A stretch of DNA of 63,644 nucleotides, filler included, from Choristocarpus tenellus KU-1152 (GCA_964200185.2; 12 parts of 12 records of this genome joined end to end with filler, not necessarily neighbours in it); one strand, 5' to 3'. Shown: positions 24,266 to 38,733, counted from the first letter of the whole stretch. Notes: generated from the letters alone by a model not told the origin. Translations and numbers: made by a program.

Positions 24266-24850
24266 NNNNNNNNNNNNNNNNNNNNNNNNNNNNNNNNNNN
24301 NNNNNNNNNTTAATTAATTAANNNNNNNNNNNNNNNNNNNNNNNNNNNNNNNNNNNNNNNNNNNNACTTGGGACAACTTGTCATTCGAGTTGTCACACAT
24401 GGAAGATCCACTTTGTTCTCACGTCTTGACTGATGATGAAGCTCCATCTTTGATGTTACTCATCACTCCTAAGTTTGCACTTGACCAGCCTTAACATCGT
24501 ACCCTCGGTCACGGTTCGTCCTTATTCGTGTGGTCCGTCTTGCCCGGTGATTCTCTTCACCACTCTTGCCTGAGTGAACCATGCCACCAATCACACGATT
24601 CACACAATCCAATATATACATAGCAATATTAGACAGGACTTACCCCTAAGAAATACCAAATTGGTACTGTGGACCTCATTATTAGCCCAGGATAGCCTCT
24701 CACTTGCAAGGTGCACCATTACTAAAGTATCGCATGAAACACAAATAGAAATGACAGAACTATAGAATCATTAGTTTTGTCATACATAGTTTGTTGACAT
24801 TTGCAATGATAATGACAAGAACATCATACGGTGAGGCTTCATCTTCGGAG

Positions 24851-24895
24851 ATGCTTACAATGCTTACAATGCTTACAATGCTTACAATGCTTACA
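24851..24895 (+). repeat. 9-bp tandem repeat (ATGCTTACA)x5
   Basis: Five perfect copies. Confidence 0.95.
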
Positions 24896-26674
24896 ATCCT
24901 CGAGGGTTGGCCAATGAATAATTGATTGTGTAATGATACCCATGGTAACATCGGTATGAAGAAACAAATCCAATTCTCTCAATCAATGTTACACATTACG
25001 AAACAGAGAGCGCTATGAGTTAAAAGAATATGTATATATATATTGCAGTATATGTCTTGCGGATCATATCCCCTATCCCCCAAAACTCTTCATCAAATTC
25101 TCATCATTTTCATACAGGCCGTACCTCTCATCAGTGCCTAGACCCCGCTCCTCCCAGTCCAATGGTTGCCCCAGAAGGATATGTGTCAGGTTCACATCGC
25201 CCATTAGGACTGGCATTGCCATTAGTACACCCAACATCAGACAGCTCTACAGTCAGATAACACGAACAAACAATTGCCAAGGTGCCTCTCTCCTTGATTC
25301 AACCCTAACCATAGCCTCAACCTTGATGCAAAAAATATCTGAATTATTATGTGGAAAAGAATATGTCAAAAGAGCACTGCTTCACTGTGTGGAGAGATAG
25401 GACAGGACTTACATGTTGAGAGGGGTCATGGTAGATCAAAGTATGCTCTGTCCTCTACAAGTAACATCAGTAGTCTGATTTAGTATTTACTATACTATAT
25501 TCATGATGTCGAATTTAGTCTAGAACATACAATATTGTACTATCTTAGTTCATACTGAAGTATGTATCAGATGGTATGGGACCTGGTTCTGTGTGATGGG
25601 GGGTGATGAGAACCACCAGAGATGAGCTTCACAAAGGAAGTGAGGGATGAGACTGAGGCATGCTGGGTGTATGTTGGCAGCCTCAGAGTACCATGTGGAT
25701 CAATCTCCACTGTGATTGGTTGCGAACAGTCAGAACAGAAAACACAATCTCGACCTTGAATCTACTGTTCATCTTGGGGTTACTGTGATCCGTTTGTGCG
25801 TCTGACCCACACCACATCACCTGTCCTGGCCTCAATGGCAAAAGATGGCACATTATCCTCATCAATGTCGGGAGATCCCAAATGAAGACTTGTCCCTGAC
25901 ATATACCATCTTAGACTCTACTTCCAGGTACTATATCATACTATTATTTTTCTTAGCCAGTGCAAGCAAGATGTACCCACAGTTACATTTTAAGGATGCT
26001 CACAAACATGTGCAAAATTTGACATTTTCTTACTAATACATGTACAATATTTGTTTTTGTATCAAGAAGTTTCAAACAATAGAGAAATCAACCCTCTCGA
26101 GTCAAACTTAGCACTCCATCCATACAAATATCGGTGAGTTGCCCCAGATTAAAAAACTGACTAAAAATGCAAAACGACCAAGATCTGGGTACCTCTCTCT
26201 TCACCATACCAATCAAATTCTTCCACACACACACAAATGCAAAATGATGAAACCATAATTAACAAAAGCTGATCATGATATGAAGAATATCACAATAGTA
26301 CTCATCCTACAGGTACAAAAATAACATAAAAGTCTCAGATACATCTCAGGTCTCTCTGCACCCCTAGTTCAGAACATAAGAATATATATTTTCAAAGCAT
26401 CATTTGCCAGTAGAGGGAGTTGGACAAAATCAATTTCTGTGCACAAAAAGTATGTTAGTGGGTGGAGAGGTATGACTTGATATATGTAAGGTGCATGGTA
26501 TAATACAATCTGATACACACTGTCAACTTGCATCCCGCAGACTTTACCACAACCCTACCATTAAAACCAATATAACAGTCAAAATGTGTTGATGGTGTAG
26601 AGGAGAAGTAACAGTAAGTATTACGGCGAAAGAGGCAGCAGGGGGTTGGGGGCAGGAAAGACATTTGTGGAGGA

Positions 26675-27385
26675 ATGGCATGAATCCCAAAGATTCCAGT
26701 GTCCTTATAGCAGGAGTTGAAGGTATGATATGAGTGACACAACTGCTTGACTGCCAAGGCTTGTCCAAGTCTAGGAACAACAATACGCCCTTGATGAATT
26801 GCAGTATGTGCATATATATATACATATATGGAATTGGATTGGAGGATGGTGGTTTGCTGAAAAGCTGATACAACTCGACTACAATGGCCAAGAGATCTGG
26901 CTCTACACCAGCTGTCCTACAAAATGTACAGATAAAAATCGACTTACCTATCCTTTCCATACTTCCCTCGCCTGCAAACCCCACCTTCATCTGCACAACA
27001 AACGCCAATATTCTTGGGAACCCTGATTCAACACCAGGAAATCACACCAAGTCAATTAGAAGTCAAAACCACCCTACCATATTATACAAATTCCTGACCC
27101 TCCAAAACCCCAACACCTCAACCATGACATCCAACACTAGTAACAACACAACAACAACATGTAAGTTTTAAAAGATTATGAAAACCTCGTCTCTGCAATA
27201 TTGACTAGTCTAGTCTAGGAGTGCATTGTTTCAATCTTTCTCACCACTGCTTCTATCTCAACATACCATGATAGTGTGCATGATCATGAGAGGAAAAGAC
27301 ATGAGGTCTGTCCAAGAGGTTCCTTGGAAGGCGATAGTCATGTACGCCTCCATCTCCATATTGTTCATCACGCACTTATCACTTC
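26675..27385 (-). pseudogene. Mitochondrial processing peptidase beta / M16 C-terminal-half fragment (exons 27385-27267, ~26916-26875, 26770-~26675)
   Basis: AYMTIAFQGTSWTDLMSFPLMIMHTIM; DSWCRARSLGH; LGQALAVKQLCHSYHTFNSCYKDTGIFGIHA; similarity stops abruptly with no donor or downstream exons. Confidence 0.65.
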
Positions 27386-27485
27386 NNNNNNNNNNNNNNN
27401 NNNNNNNNNNNNNNNNNNNNNNNNNNNNNTTAATTAATTAANNNNNNNNNNNNNNNNNNNNNNNNNNNNNNNNNNNNNNNNNNNN

Positions 27486-27533
27486 AGGGTCAAAAACGGA
27501 CGCCGGCACCCCCCCCCCCAGATACTTTGACCC
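27486..27533 (+). mobile_element. MITE family C right end (contig start), inserted in Copia RNase H
   Basis: GTCAAAAACGGACGCCGGCAC(C)nAGATACTTTGACCC. Confidence 0.78.
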
Positions 27534-30480
27534 GGATAACTAGCATCAGCATATGCACTCAACTCACACTCAATATCAAAACCACCAACACTCAAAACCC
27601 AACACTGAGACACGTATTCAAATATGCCAAAACACACTTAACTGCACGCAAATGTGTGACTTTGGTATTACTACTGTACTTGGCAACCTCACGAACTAAA
27701 TTAGCAATTGTCAAGCCTGGTTATAACAGATGCCCACATCAGACTACCAACTGCATCTCTGTACGGTTCACTTTCAGCAATTACTTAGATGATCTTCATT
27801 CTTGCCCAAAGGCCTTCAGAGATCATGGGGTACCGCCCTCTTATTTGCCCCATCCATACCAAACCTTTGACAAATACTCTTTTTATACCTATTCTGACTG
27901 ATGGTGACAGTCTGTGCAATTCTGTCACATGATATCTCACAACCCATATAATACTCAAGATCACCAAAAATCTTCTATATAGAAATTTTCTTTAATCCTG
28001 GAGCGAACCCAAATGAAAACATCATTTATGCCAGGTACTAAAAGATCGTCAACGTGGGTGACTATCACAAGCACAAACAACGCCATTGCCTACATAGCGT
28101 AACACACAGGGATCTGCTCTGCATTGCTCAAAACCACACTGTTCCAAAACGTGCACAAACACATTATTAAACTTCTCCCTACTAGCTAGCCTGTTCGGCA
28201 CCACAAAGGGCTTTCACTAAAAACGCACAATCGTTCCTGACCATATACCACATCCATCACATAAACGCACGAAAATCTCTCCATTAACGTCTGCCAGGAT
28301 AAAATCTTGTTTTACATCCCAATTCTTCAGTTCCCAGTCCTTGTGTACAGCTAATGCTAAAACCATTTTCAAAGACGCCTGCGACGGTATTGAGGCAAAA
28401 GGTATCTCGATAATCTAAACCCTCAATCAGTCGAAACCCTTTTGCTACCAAGAGTGCCTGGTATCTTAACTGCCTCACAAAATTTGTTAGTCTTACACTT
28501 GTGGTTCCATTTAGTGTCTATTGCCCTGCGTCCAGGCAGGGGGTTATATGGCATCCAGGCAAACGTTATTCAACAACAAAAACCAGACATCTCTTCTGCT
28601 CTAGCTCGATCCCATAAATCACATTCGGGAGAGCTACGTCCTGCTCTTATAGTCTTGGGTTCTGGAGGAAGCTCATCCGGTAACACTCTAATAGAATCAT
28701 CGCTCGCACATATCAGAAGGGCAGTCTCTATGGAAACTGACAAACAACTCATAAAAAATTGGACATGTCAAAAAGAGCAGCTCTTACAGAAGTACCTCGA
28801 CGGTTACCACCTGATCTGGTGCAATGGGGAAGGGTGTTGTTGTTGTCACCATTCCCAATGCTGAGCCGTCGAAGTTCCCTGGCATATTGGCTGTCCTTAG
28901 TCTCATCCACCCCGTCGTCATCTCCGTTATTGGTGTCATCATCCACAGTTTCACCACCACCAGTCCATGTAGCTTCAGATTTATCACCATCACTTAATCC
29001 TCCTTCAATCCAGGAGATTCCATCATTTTCATCACCATCGGCACTTTCACCCCCCATTTTTTGGATTTCATCAGTCCTTCTACGTACATGAGGAGGAAGG
29101 ATGTACCCTACGGTGTCATCCAAATCTTCATCATCCCGTTCGAAATCAGAAATTGGAAAGAAATCATACCCTGTCATTCTTGGTTGTATCTTATGGAAGT
29201 GGTAGCCTTTCAGCGTCAGCTGAATACATGGATCCATCCCACTTACAACAAGTGAGAGACCCTGCCCATCAGATATGAAGTACGCCACACAAGTTCCCTT
29301 GATAGGCACACCTTTTTCCATACCAGCCGAGTGTGAAGAGAGCGTATCGAATGCAAGATCTGAGTGAAAGTATCTTAGAGGGTACAACTTTTACCCTGTT
29401 TGTCCGTTCGGAGCTTGGCTACCCGTGACTATTTTTATGACGTTTTACCTACTCCAATTTTTTCGGATTAGGTAAAAATGTATGCGATATGAAAAGGTGT
29501 GACCAGAACAATGATATTGACACTTCCTAACAAATACAATAGCCAAAGTTACATCAAAATCGCAACATTGGAGTTTTGGCCCTCACATGGACGAGGCTCT
29601 ACGCTCTGAGATACTTTGGCTCATCTGTGACTAATGCAACAGACCCCAAAGTAACGTGCATCCACTCATCAAGGCCTACATTGAAGTTTAAATCAAGTTT
29701 GCTATTATCCTACGGATATTGATGTGCCGTCAGCCATGGTCATGTTACGGTCTTGTGGACATGAGGTGAAGTCATACAGATGCGTTGGGTCTTTAGTCAC
29801 ACTATTGGATGTCCCAGCATCAAAATACCATCTCTCCAAATCACATCAGCTCACCTTGCCACTGTCAGTTACAACAACCAACATGGCCTTGGATTTTCTC
29901 CCTCTATTTCCTGTCCTTGCTGTTCCATAATCAGTCCAGCTAAAACATCCGCCAGCTTAGATGGTGTCGCTCTCGTCTGGCGACTCAGCTGAAGGTAGCC
30001 TTTTCCTTCAAAATTGTTAAAATCGTCCACCTGCTTAGACGGCTCTGCACTCCTCTGGCGGCAAACGAACAGGAGGTGTCCCTTACCTCCACAGTTGTAG
30101 CATAGTCTTTCGAAAGAACAAGGACCAGCATGCTTAATCAGGCCACATATTCAGCATCTCCTGATCACGTTCCTGGAACAGGGATCCTGTCGTACCAGGG
30201 TTCTGCACAATGACCAGTCGTACCTTTACTGCCTCCTCGGCCACCTTTTGGTGGGTCCTTGCGGCCAGAGCGTTCCCAGGCTCTCCACGATCAGTTACCT
30301 CTCGTTGGAGTGAGAAAGTAACGCGAACGAGCAGCCTATTGAATCGTAGCTCTCGAACGCTCACTCTTGTTGTGGTGCTGGAGGTAATCTTTGGTGAGAT
30401 CCCCACGTAATCATCATCCAAACAGTGCAGCAGATATTACATACTTCACCATCACCATCTGGACAACCCAGTCCAGCATC
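27534..30480 (-). mobile_element. Ty1/Copia family 1 remnant (gag, zinc knuckle, protease, linker, RT, start of RNase H)
   Basis: CYNCGGKGHLLFVC (~30060-30103); WYFDAGTSNSVT protease; RYQALLVAKGFRLIEGLDYRDTF; HVDDLL; LSAYADASY; colinear with 6682-10600. Confidence 0.92.
29362..29622 (+). mobile_element. MITE family A, full length, in Copia
   Basis: TIRs as family A; 4-bp TSD ATCT; removing the element plus 4 bp aligns with the empty site at ~8835-8860. Confidence 0.92.
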
Positions 30481-30482
30481 GT

Positions 30483-30526
30483 GAGAGAGGTATCTTAGAG
30501 GGTACAAGTTTTGCTCTGTTTGTCCG
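30483..30526 (+). mobile_element. MITE family A left-end fragment
   Basis: GAGAGAGGTATCTTAGAGGGTACAAGTTTTGCTCTGTTTGTCCGT. Confidence 0.75.
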
Positions 30527-30827
30527 TGTTAAAACATAGGCTACTCATCTGTTTGTCTCTTGATACGATGCAGTTCCACCAGTCAACNNNNNNNNNNNNN
30601 NNNNNNNNNNNNNNNNNNNNNNNNNNNNNNNTTAATTAATTAANNNNNNNNNNNNNNNNNNNNNNNNNNNNNNNNNNNNNNNNNNNNCATGTATGTATAG
30701 TATGAAACATGTGTTCATTCTTCTTTGTGGACTTGGTGAGTTTATTCGGTGGATGTGACCTATCAATCCCTTACTTCTACAAACGACATCACCCTCGAAT
30801 AAATATTTATAACTAGTAGAAGAAGAC

Positions 30828-30863
30828 GTATGTATGTATGTATGTATGTATGTATGTATGTAT
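30828..30863 (+). repeat. (TATG)n microsatellite
   Basis: About 8-9 perfect units. Confidence 0.9.
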
Positions 30864-31104
30864 TGTATAATACGATCTGTAGTGTACCATATATGTAAGC
30901 ATACCAAAACCGTTACCGACTCCCCCCGGGGGGGCCCGTCTGTCCTTATACCTTTGGCTTGGTCGAGGTCGCGTCGCTTCCAAATCGTTTCGGTGCCCTC
31001 CACAAGCACCGAAATATTTTGGAACAAAATATATATGCTATTCGTAGCGGGGCCCTTAAATGTGCCGCAACATTTACAAAAAAAACATATCGACACTTTT
31101 CCCG

Positions 31105-31167
31105 GTCAATTTTCGGTCAAACCCATCCTCCGTGGTATCCTCTATCCTCAATTTTGAGAATATGCTG
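31105..31167. mobile_element. Family D transposon terminus
   Basis: Aligns with 1-65 and 33940-34002. Confidence 0.55.
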
Positions 31168-33939
31168 TTTATTGTTGAGAGTAGTTCTGAAGGACAGCTC
31201 CGGTAACATATCTTTGGTTCAGAGCCTTCCAGCCTTTTTTTGGTTGCTGAGTCAGAGAGACACCTCCTGCAGCACATCTCTTAGTTTTTTTAATGGTCTT
31301 TGCTGGTTTCCAAGTCGGAGGACATACCTCTAGCGGCATATCTCTGGTCAAGTGTCTTGGTGGCAGTCCTTGTTTCTTTGGGTTCCTCATGAATGACTCA
31401 TTGGTTGGACTAGGTTGCAACTGTTCCAACTAAAGCATCAGACCTGAGCTGGATCCGCTCTGTTTCCTTTCTGTTTGGGTTTATATTTGCACACCTTGTT
31501 CGTGCAATTACGCGCAATATTTCGAGATTGCCTTGACCATCCATCTTGGCCCATCTCACTCACTCTCTTGTCGGCTTGACCTTGTTCTGTCCACCTCACA
31601 ACCTTTATATCAACACAGCCTGGTGGTTGTCATCACAAACCACTTGCAGATATCCGAGCCATTCATACTACTTCCTACTAAAATATAATGCTACCACTTA
31701 CTAATACTAATGAGTACTTTATTTTTACATTACCACTACCACTATACGCACAGGTATGCATAAAATATATCCACCAGACCCTATCACTAATCTCTCATCT
31801 TGCACTCGCGTTAATTTGGAGGATGCATGAGTCGACAGAAAACCCGTGCAAATGAGTGCTATGCTTTCTTAGCACGATAAAGAGTGAGATTATCAATAAT
31901 CTATCGAGTCGTATCCCTACACACAATGCAGACAACTATCTCAGCCACGAGATACATCCGTCCCAACCAAATACTTGTTCTGGCGTTTGTCGGAACATTG
32001 CTTCTATCTATTTCATACCATTGTTATGATCATTGCAACTATTATTATTATTATTAATTATTATTAGTGGTCAGCAGAAAAAAGTAGTTGGCTGTCTGAC
32101 ATTTTTCTTGTTGCTCCTTGTTTTTGTGATAAAAAAACCCAAACTAATAATTTTTATAGTTGTTTTTAAGGAAGCCAAACAAAGACAAGGGCCACCCATT
32201 ACCCTTGGCTTATCACTAATAATATGCTAATACCGTACTATCGTACTACTGCTGTTGTTGGTGTATGTATGTGATGGTGATTATGAGCAAAAAAAAACGC
32301 AGGTCTTCTCCTGGCCGTCTACATCGATCAATCTGCATTCCCCCTCCACCACCCATGAAAGGCAGTTCATCCTCTTAACCCCTCTCTTTCTTACCCTACC
32401 CTGCCCCATCCCCTCCCACATACATTCCTCGCTTAAGTGGTCACTCATATTCCCAGTCAACGGCAACTTAAGCTGGCCTACCAAATACAAAAACATCCTT
32501 GCTTCATCAAAACCAGCCAACAAGATAAATAAATGCACATTCTGACACAAACTGTGCAGCAAGTAGAGTCCTCACGCTCTGTCTGTTGTAGCTAATTAAT
32601 TGCTTCACTCACGCAGTCACCCACTACCAAACCCAAGAAGGTAGTACATCATCAGAGACAAGTCGTCAAATCAACCAATGCTTATTTTCTGCCATGCTAC
32701 ACTTCACTTCACTACACACATACAAAAAAAGTGCGAACATGAGAAGGGCTGGACTTACTCACGAGGACAGTCAGACTGCTGCTGGGCCTAACCCTAACCC
32801 TACTAGAGACTGCGATACAATATTAGCTCATCACAAACGAAAAAGAAGTACAAACAGTTGGTGTAATGTGTCCTGACCAAGAAAACCCCAAGGTGGGTGC
32901 AAATCTCAATGCCAAAAAATAGTCAAAAAGTCTTCACATATTCAGCTACCTCACACCAGAGCAAAGAGGGCCGATCTTTCAATGACCTACCTTGTAATCT
33001 GATGCACTAGGCAAAGACTAGCAGCAGACTCCATGTTAGAGGTGGTGAAGTGCAAGAGCAGCATGATACATACACATCTTGCCTCCACACACACCAATGC
33101 ACCAGCACCGCATTGAGTTCCAATGAACCACCCCTTTTCATCACCTCTCTCTCTCTAAGCCAGTCCCATTGCTGTTGTCACCTCATCCCTCAACTTGCTA
33201 CAGAAAATGTCTACCCATCCTCATCACCTCAGTGAACCCTCTTCTCACATCCGTACGACATGGATCTCTCCTTGGTCCACTGCCAACATTTCCCAATTTG
33301 TACCCGCTTGGCATGCTCCCCTACAAAATGGTCCAGGCTGCATTGTGTCTGTATGCATACCCCCACATATCTTCTCACCCCCCCTCTTCCCTCTCACATT
33401 TCCCCAACGAAAGTCCCCATATCCTATCCCTTCTTTGAGGCTCCATACTTCACCCCAAACCAAAAAATGCACCTCACTACCAGAATAGAATAGAATACAT
33501 GGCAGCACGTGAAAAAGCTGCAACTGCAGTACAACCGACCATTCCAGTACACATACGGTATATCTCCACAGAGGTATCAACCAGCATAATCCAAAGTCTC
33601 AATATACAGCAAGGCTGACCAGCCTGCTGCCCTAGTGGTTGGGGCATTGTAGGAACAAATACAGCCAACAGACCAAGACACTCTGCAGCATCTCCATCCT
33701 TCTATCTCTGGGAGCTATTGGATGAACAGCACAAAGGTTTGCAAGGGTCCAGGAAAATCAACTATGAGGGAGACCTTCACCCTCCCCCCCCCCCCCCCCC
33801 CCCCTCAAATTCTCACCCTTTTCCTCTCCCCCCCCCCCCNNNNNNNNNNNNNNNNNNNNNNNNNNNNNNNNNNNNNNNNNNNNTTAATTAATTAANNNNN
33901 NNNNNNNNNNNNNNNNNNNNNNNNNNNNNNNNNNNNNNN

Positions 33940-34002
33940 ACCGTTTTCGCAAAACAACCATCCTCATAGTCCCGCTCCATCCTCAATTTTGCGAATCCCC
34001 TG
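33940..34002. mobile_element. Family D transposon terminus (contig start)
   Basis: CCATCCTC..TCCATCCTCAATTTTGCGAATCCCCTG. Confidence 0.55.
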
Positions 34003-35764
34003 TTGTAAGATATATTGTTCGGTACTCAAGTTCGATCATTTGTTTTGGATGGGGGGCAATATAACAACTCAATGATATTCATTTAGAGATCTCTTTTTCA
34101 CATTTAACTTCATATTTTCAGGAAGTACCTACTCTTTTCAAAGAGTGAGTGTGCCAATTCAAAGAGAAACCATATTCCAAATGGAACACACTTTGACACT
34201 GAAAAGACGTTCGAAGCACTTGACAATCCAGACTATTGCTTGATATATTGAATATTATTACTATTATCTGTATTATCTTATTTATGCATTGTTCCTTGAA
34301 ACCAACGGTGCTACTGCTTCACTGATACATGATGCAAAGTACAAAAATATGAGAAAATAAAATGTCAGGCCTACACACAAGACATCCAGTGAAAGAAGAT
34401 GTGTCAACACCTTCATCAACTTCATTGGGGGCCCATACAATGGAACTATATAAAACACGAAAAGTACTGCGTATTATTGAAATGAATGTCAAGAGGACTA
34501 AAGACGAGAACACGCAGACAGCACTGGGTATTAACAAAAAATGACACTTGAAGAGGAGACGAATAATTCCCCTTTTTGAACAAGCACCAACAACTGATGA
34601 AGACTGATCACCACACGCCTGAACCCAGAAAGGAGAACTGCCACCAAAACTCACTCACCAACCTACAAATAGCACATTCTCAAGTAGGGAGTGGCACATC
34701 CTCACCTCAACCCATCACAAACTCCCCAACTGTCTGCGCAATTCCTACTGGAATCTTCAGTCCCAAAATAGTAATACAGCATGACATGAGCCACAGAATG
34801 GCACCCTGGCCTCTTGTGGCAAAAACTTACAGCCGCCTGGTACTTGAGTAAAAGGTCATCCAAACAAACCACTCTCCAACCTTCCAAGCAATGAATGCAA
34901 AACGTAAGATCCACTGACAAGGCACTTTCAGCTAACAAAGTGGGGCTGTGTAAGCCCTGAAAGGTACCAACAATGGATACACGTGTACCTGAATACTCCA
35001 GGATGTAAAAAATATTGAGATGTTATGCACGTATATACCCTCACCAAGCCAGCCTACCACTCAAATGTCAAAACAATGAAAGGCGAAAACCAATTGTTCG
35101 CCTTTGGAGTCCTTCCCAGATGAAAGCCTTCAAACATACACACAGAGGCGCTTTCCTACAACCATCTATACACCCATTATCTTCCCTCCCCCCTGCCACT
35201 CAGTGTACACATGGGGTAGACTGCCCTCACCTAGAGGATAAAACTCTACCCTCTTACGGGAGAGCAACAAAAGAGTGAAGGAGGGGCCTCTAGGAAGCAA
35301 GTACAATAAAGGAAAGGATGAAATATCATAAACACCTCATATAGTACAGCTTCCACCTACACAATCCACCACAACAGCCTACACCTCAGTAAATTGACAG
35401 GAGGATAATTCCTATCGCTTGCAAGGCTGCCATAACCAAAGGATCAAATCACTGCACCCAGCCTCACAATCCATTGTTCTCCTTCCGATCACTCCTACTT
35501 GTGAGCCACCATCAGCACATTCACTCAACCAATGGAAAAGAAATGGAATATCTCTCATTTCCCACACCCTCTTCCACACCTCAGAGGAGTGCATCTTTTT
35601 TCATATTTGTTCAATTTGTTTTGTGTGTTCTGCCGCATGATGACACCTCCCTTTCAGCACACAAATAAAAATGCTTCTCCTGATGACTGCACCTTCCACC
35701 TCCCCCCACAAAACCTCGTATTAACTCTTCATAACAACCCCTTTCCCCCTCCACCAAGCGAGTG

Positions 35765-36699
35765 CTACGGAGAGGGGTACAGTGTCCTAATCTGCTTCAA
35801 GATCCGCAGTTGGTGTGAACGACTAGAAATCCCCACTTCCTCAACAAGGTCCTCTCGTGATACCTGTGAACCATGCCACAGCAAGAAGCATTACAAGTTG
35901 GAAATCTGATAAAATACCAACTTTTTCTCAATAGCAACCACTAAAAAAATACTTCCTTCATGTGACATTCTCATGCAAAGTGACAAGCGATATTCCCCAC
36001 CCCCAAAAAGGCACCCAACCATAACCAAAACCCATATTCCTTCCACCCCCTCCCCCTCCCCCTCCCCCTCCATCCCACCCACTCACCATTGAAAGAATAT
36101 CCGCAGTTATCTCCGATTCAAGGAAATTTGGTACATACTGCTCCAGCTTCAAAGGTCCAAGTATCGTCATCAACATCTTACGGTACTCCTCCTCCTCGCC
36201 CAACTCTTCTTCCACAACTGCAGAGGGTGCACCACCGTCACCATGGCTCTCCGGCACCACTGCAGCACCTCCCCCATTCACCCCATCCCTATCCCCGTCG
36301 GGGCTGGGCTCACTCCCTGCTCCTGCCGCCTGTGCTATCTCTTCCTTGTGCTTCACAGAAGCTTCCAATTCAGTAGCCTTAGCAGCTGCAGCTTCACTAG
36401 CAGCAGCCTCTGCAGAAGCCTGTTCTGCCTCACGAGCAAGCTGCATCAGGGATGGGAGGGAAGCAAATAAAAAGTGTTGCATGTAACAGCCACGAACACC
36501 TCATTCATCATGGAAACACTTCGGAACAGTTTCGATTTCATCAACACAAAAGACACAGAAATACTCATACACTCACCACATATGCTGCACTGGATCCCCT
36601 ACCCAAACAATGCACTCAATACCTCACCTTAGCCTGTAGTGCATGATCCACTGACTCTGTCCCTTCTTCTACACTCCTTGATTGGCTCAGTGTATTCTT
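35765..36699 (-). CDS. 3' exons of a protein with a C-terminal SAM domain (exons 36699-36628, 36440-36087, 35863-35765)
   Basis: Phase-0 GT-AG exons join to ILGPLKLEQYVPNFLESEITADILSMVSREDLVEEVGISSRSHQLRILKQIRTL*, a SAM signature; A/E-rich helix upstream. Confidence 0.82.
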
Positions 36700-38265
36700 C
36701 TGGAGTTGAGGGCACAACAGGGAGGTCACTGGAATAATCACTGATCAATGACTCCTATATCAAGGAGTGTGGAGACCTTGGAGCACCTATCCATGTTAAA
36801 ACTGCATCATACTCAAAGTCTTCCTTACTTAGGGCAAGGTTATCGGAAGAGATCTGTGCAGCAATCACTTCCTTGTATTGTTACCTACAGTAGACTTTGG
36901 GGTCAAGAAAACATCTAACCAGTCCTGTAACACATTGTATGTGTGCAATCAGGACAACGAGAAACAAACAAGAACATAAACACCCTGAGGAACAACAGTG
37001 ACGGGCTGGTACATAAATCTGTAGGAGTACAAAACCAGCTCCAAGCCCCAACAGGAACACAGGACAGCAGTCCCCCAAACTGGCGAAACAAACCAGTGCT
37101 TGCAAGGAGTATTGGCTGTAACGCATGTGCTACAAAATCCACAGATTGAATGTCAGTACACCACTCCACTTCCACTACAACACTATAGCACATTTCTATT
37201 ATTATTGTTGTTACTAATAAAGTCAACTAAGCATCAGTTTCAGGGACTCAAAAAAGACTCAACCCATAAAAAAGAAAATCAAATCGAGGTTCACAGTTGT
37301 CAAGAGTATGCTTTTTATTCCTGTGTAAAAGAAAATTCTGTAGAAGAAACAATCTAAGGATGAAGATACAATGTGTTCTGAAGAACAGAAGATATGTTTG
37401 GATTCAAAAACTAGAATATGGAAGAGTTCAAGAATAGGAAGCATTGTAGGAATTAATCTGTGATTAGTTTGATTAGTCATTCACAGAAGAGGATTGATCT
37501 GGTGGCAAGGAACCCCCCCTTTGGGCTTGCATGCTCACTCCTCCTATCACCTTCCTTACTTCATGTACAACCTGTTCTACACAATAAGGAATTAATTGAG
37601 TAATTTACACACACAAGTCTTGGGAACATCAATTTCTTTAACGGTAGTGGACACCTATTAACATCAGCTTGGTACCAACATCATAGATAAATGTGTATGA
37701 CACAATGACTAGCGGTTAGATAGCCCTAAACCTGCGACATTCACCTCGTGGATATCATGTGAGGCAACCAAGCAGGCTGACACAGCCAAGCTCTCTGCAT
37801 GTAGTCAAAAATAATAAAAGCCCTCAGGCATCCAGTAAACAACTAATCTGAGAAAAGGGCAAAAACTTGAGGAGCTACTGCATGGTGTAAGGTGAGCAGG
37901 AGAAGGGATGGGGGGGGGAGGGGGAAATGGAAAGGGAGATTTAACACATTGCCGTCTCCCATGTACATTACACATCCATTCACATCTTACCTTCAGCAAC
38001 GAATTCAAGCGAGACTCCTGCTCTTTAGAGGCATTTTTCTTCTGTTCCCTTAACCTTTATCAGCAACATCAGCGGAAGTTGGGGGGGGGGGGGGGGGGGG
38101 GGGTGGGGTGTGAATATATATATGGGGGGGGGGGGGGGGGGGGAGAGGGGGTGGTTTTGGGTGGCGGCGGTGTTATAAAAAANNNNNNNNNNCCTCCTCT
38201 TCTGTTCTGACAGCCGGAGTGATCTGTTGTTTTTTGGTCTTTTGTTGCTGCGTTTCTTGCTCCCT

Positions 38266-38319
<54 letters not shown>

Positions 38320-38733
38320 GTATGAGTGTGTAATCATCCCTCAGAGACTTTGTTCAGTCCCTAATTTCAAATTAAAACCCTACAACACCAAATAGCCAGC
38401 AACACAAAGTACAACTGAAAGTGAGAAATGCAACCAGTCACAAGAAACCCACCCTGACCCTCACAAACACAGAGCAGAGCACGTAGCGATCCTTCTCGAC
38501 CCACAGAATAGTCAGAGGATACAAAACGCAGATATTGCCCATTTCTCAGACCCTTCCCACAACAGAAAGTCGAACATGAGAGCTCTCGTTCCTTCAAAAC
38601 ATGTCATAGATCACAATATTACATCAATGTTGTAAGGGGCAGGAATAGAGTGTGCACACAAAATTGTTGCTGACACCTTTGATGCAATTTCCAGAATATT
38701 CTAGAACCAAAGCGACAAAAAAAGAAATCAAGC

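Noticed and set aside
24432-24850. Diverged inverted similarity (GATGAAGC..TGATGTT)
   Set aside because: Short, low identity, no TSD
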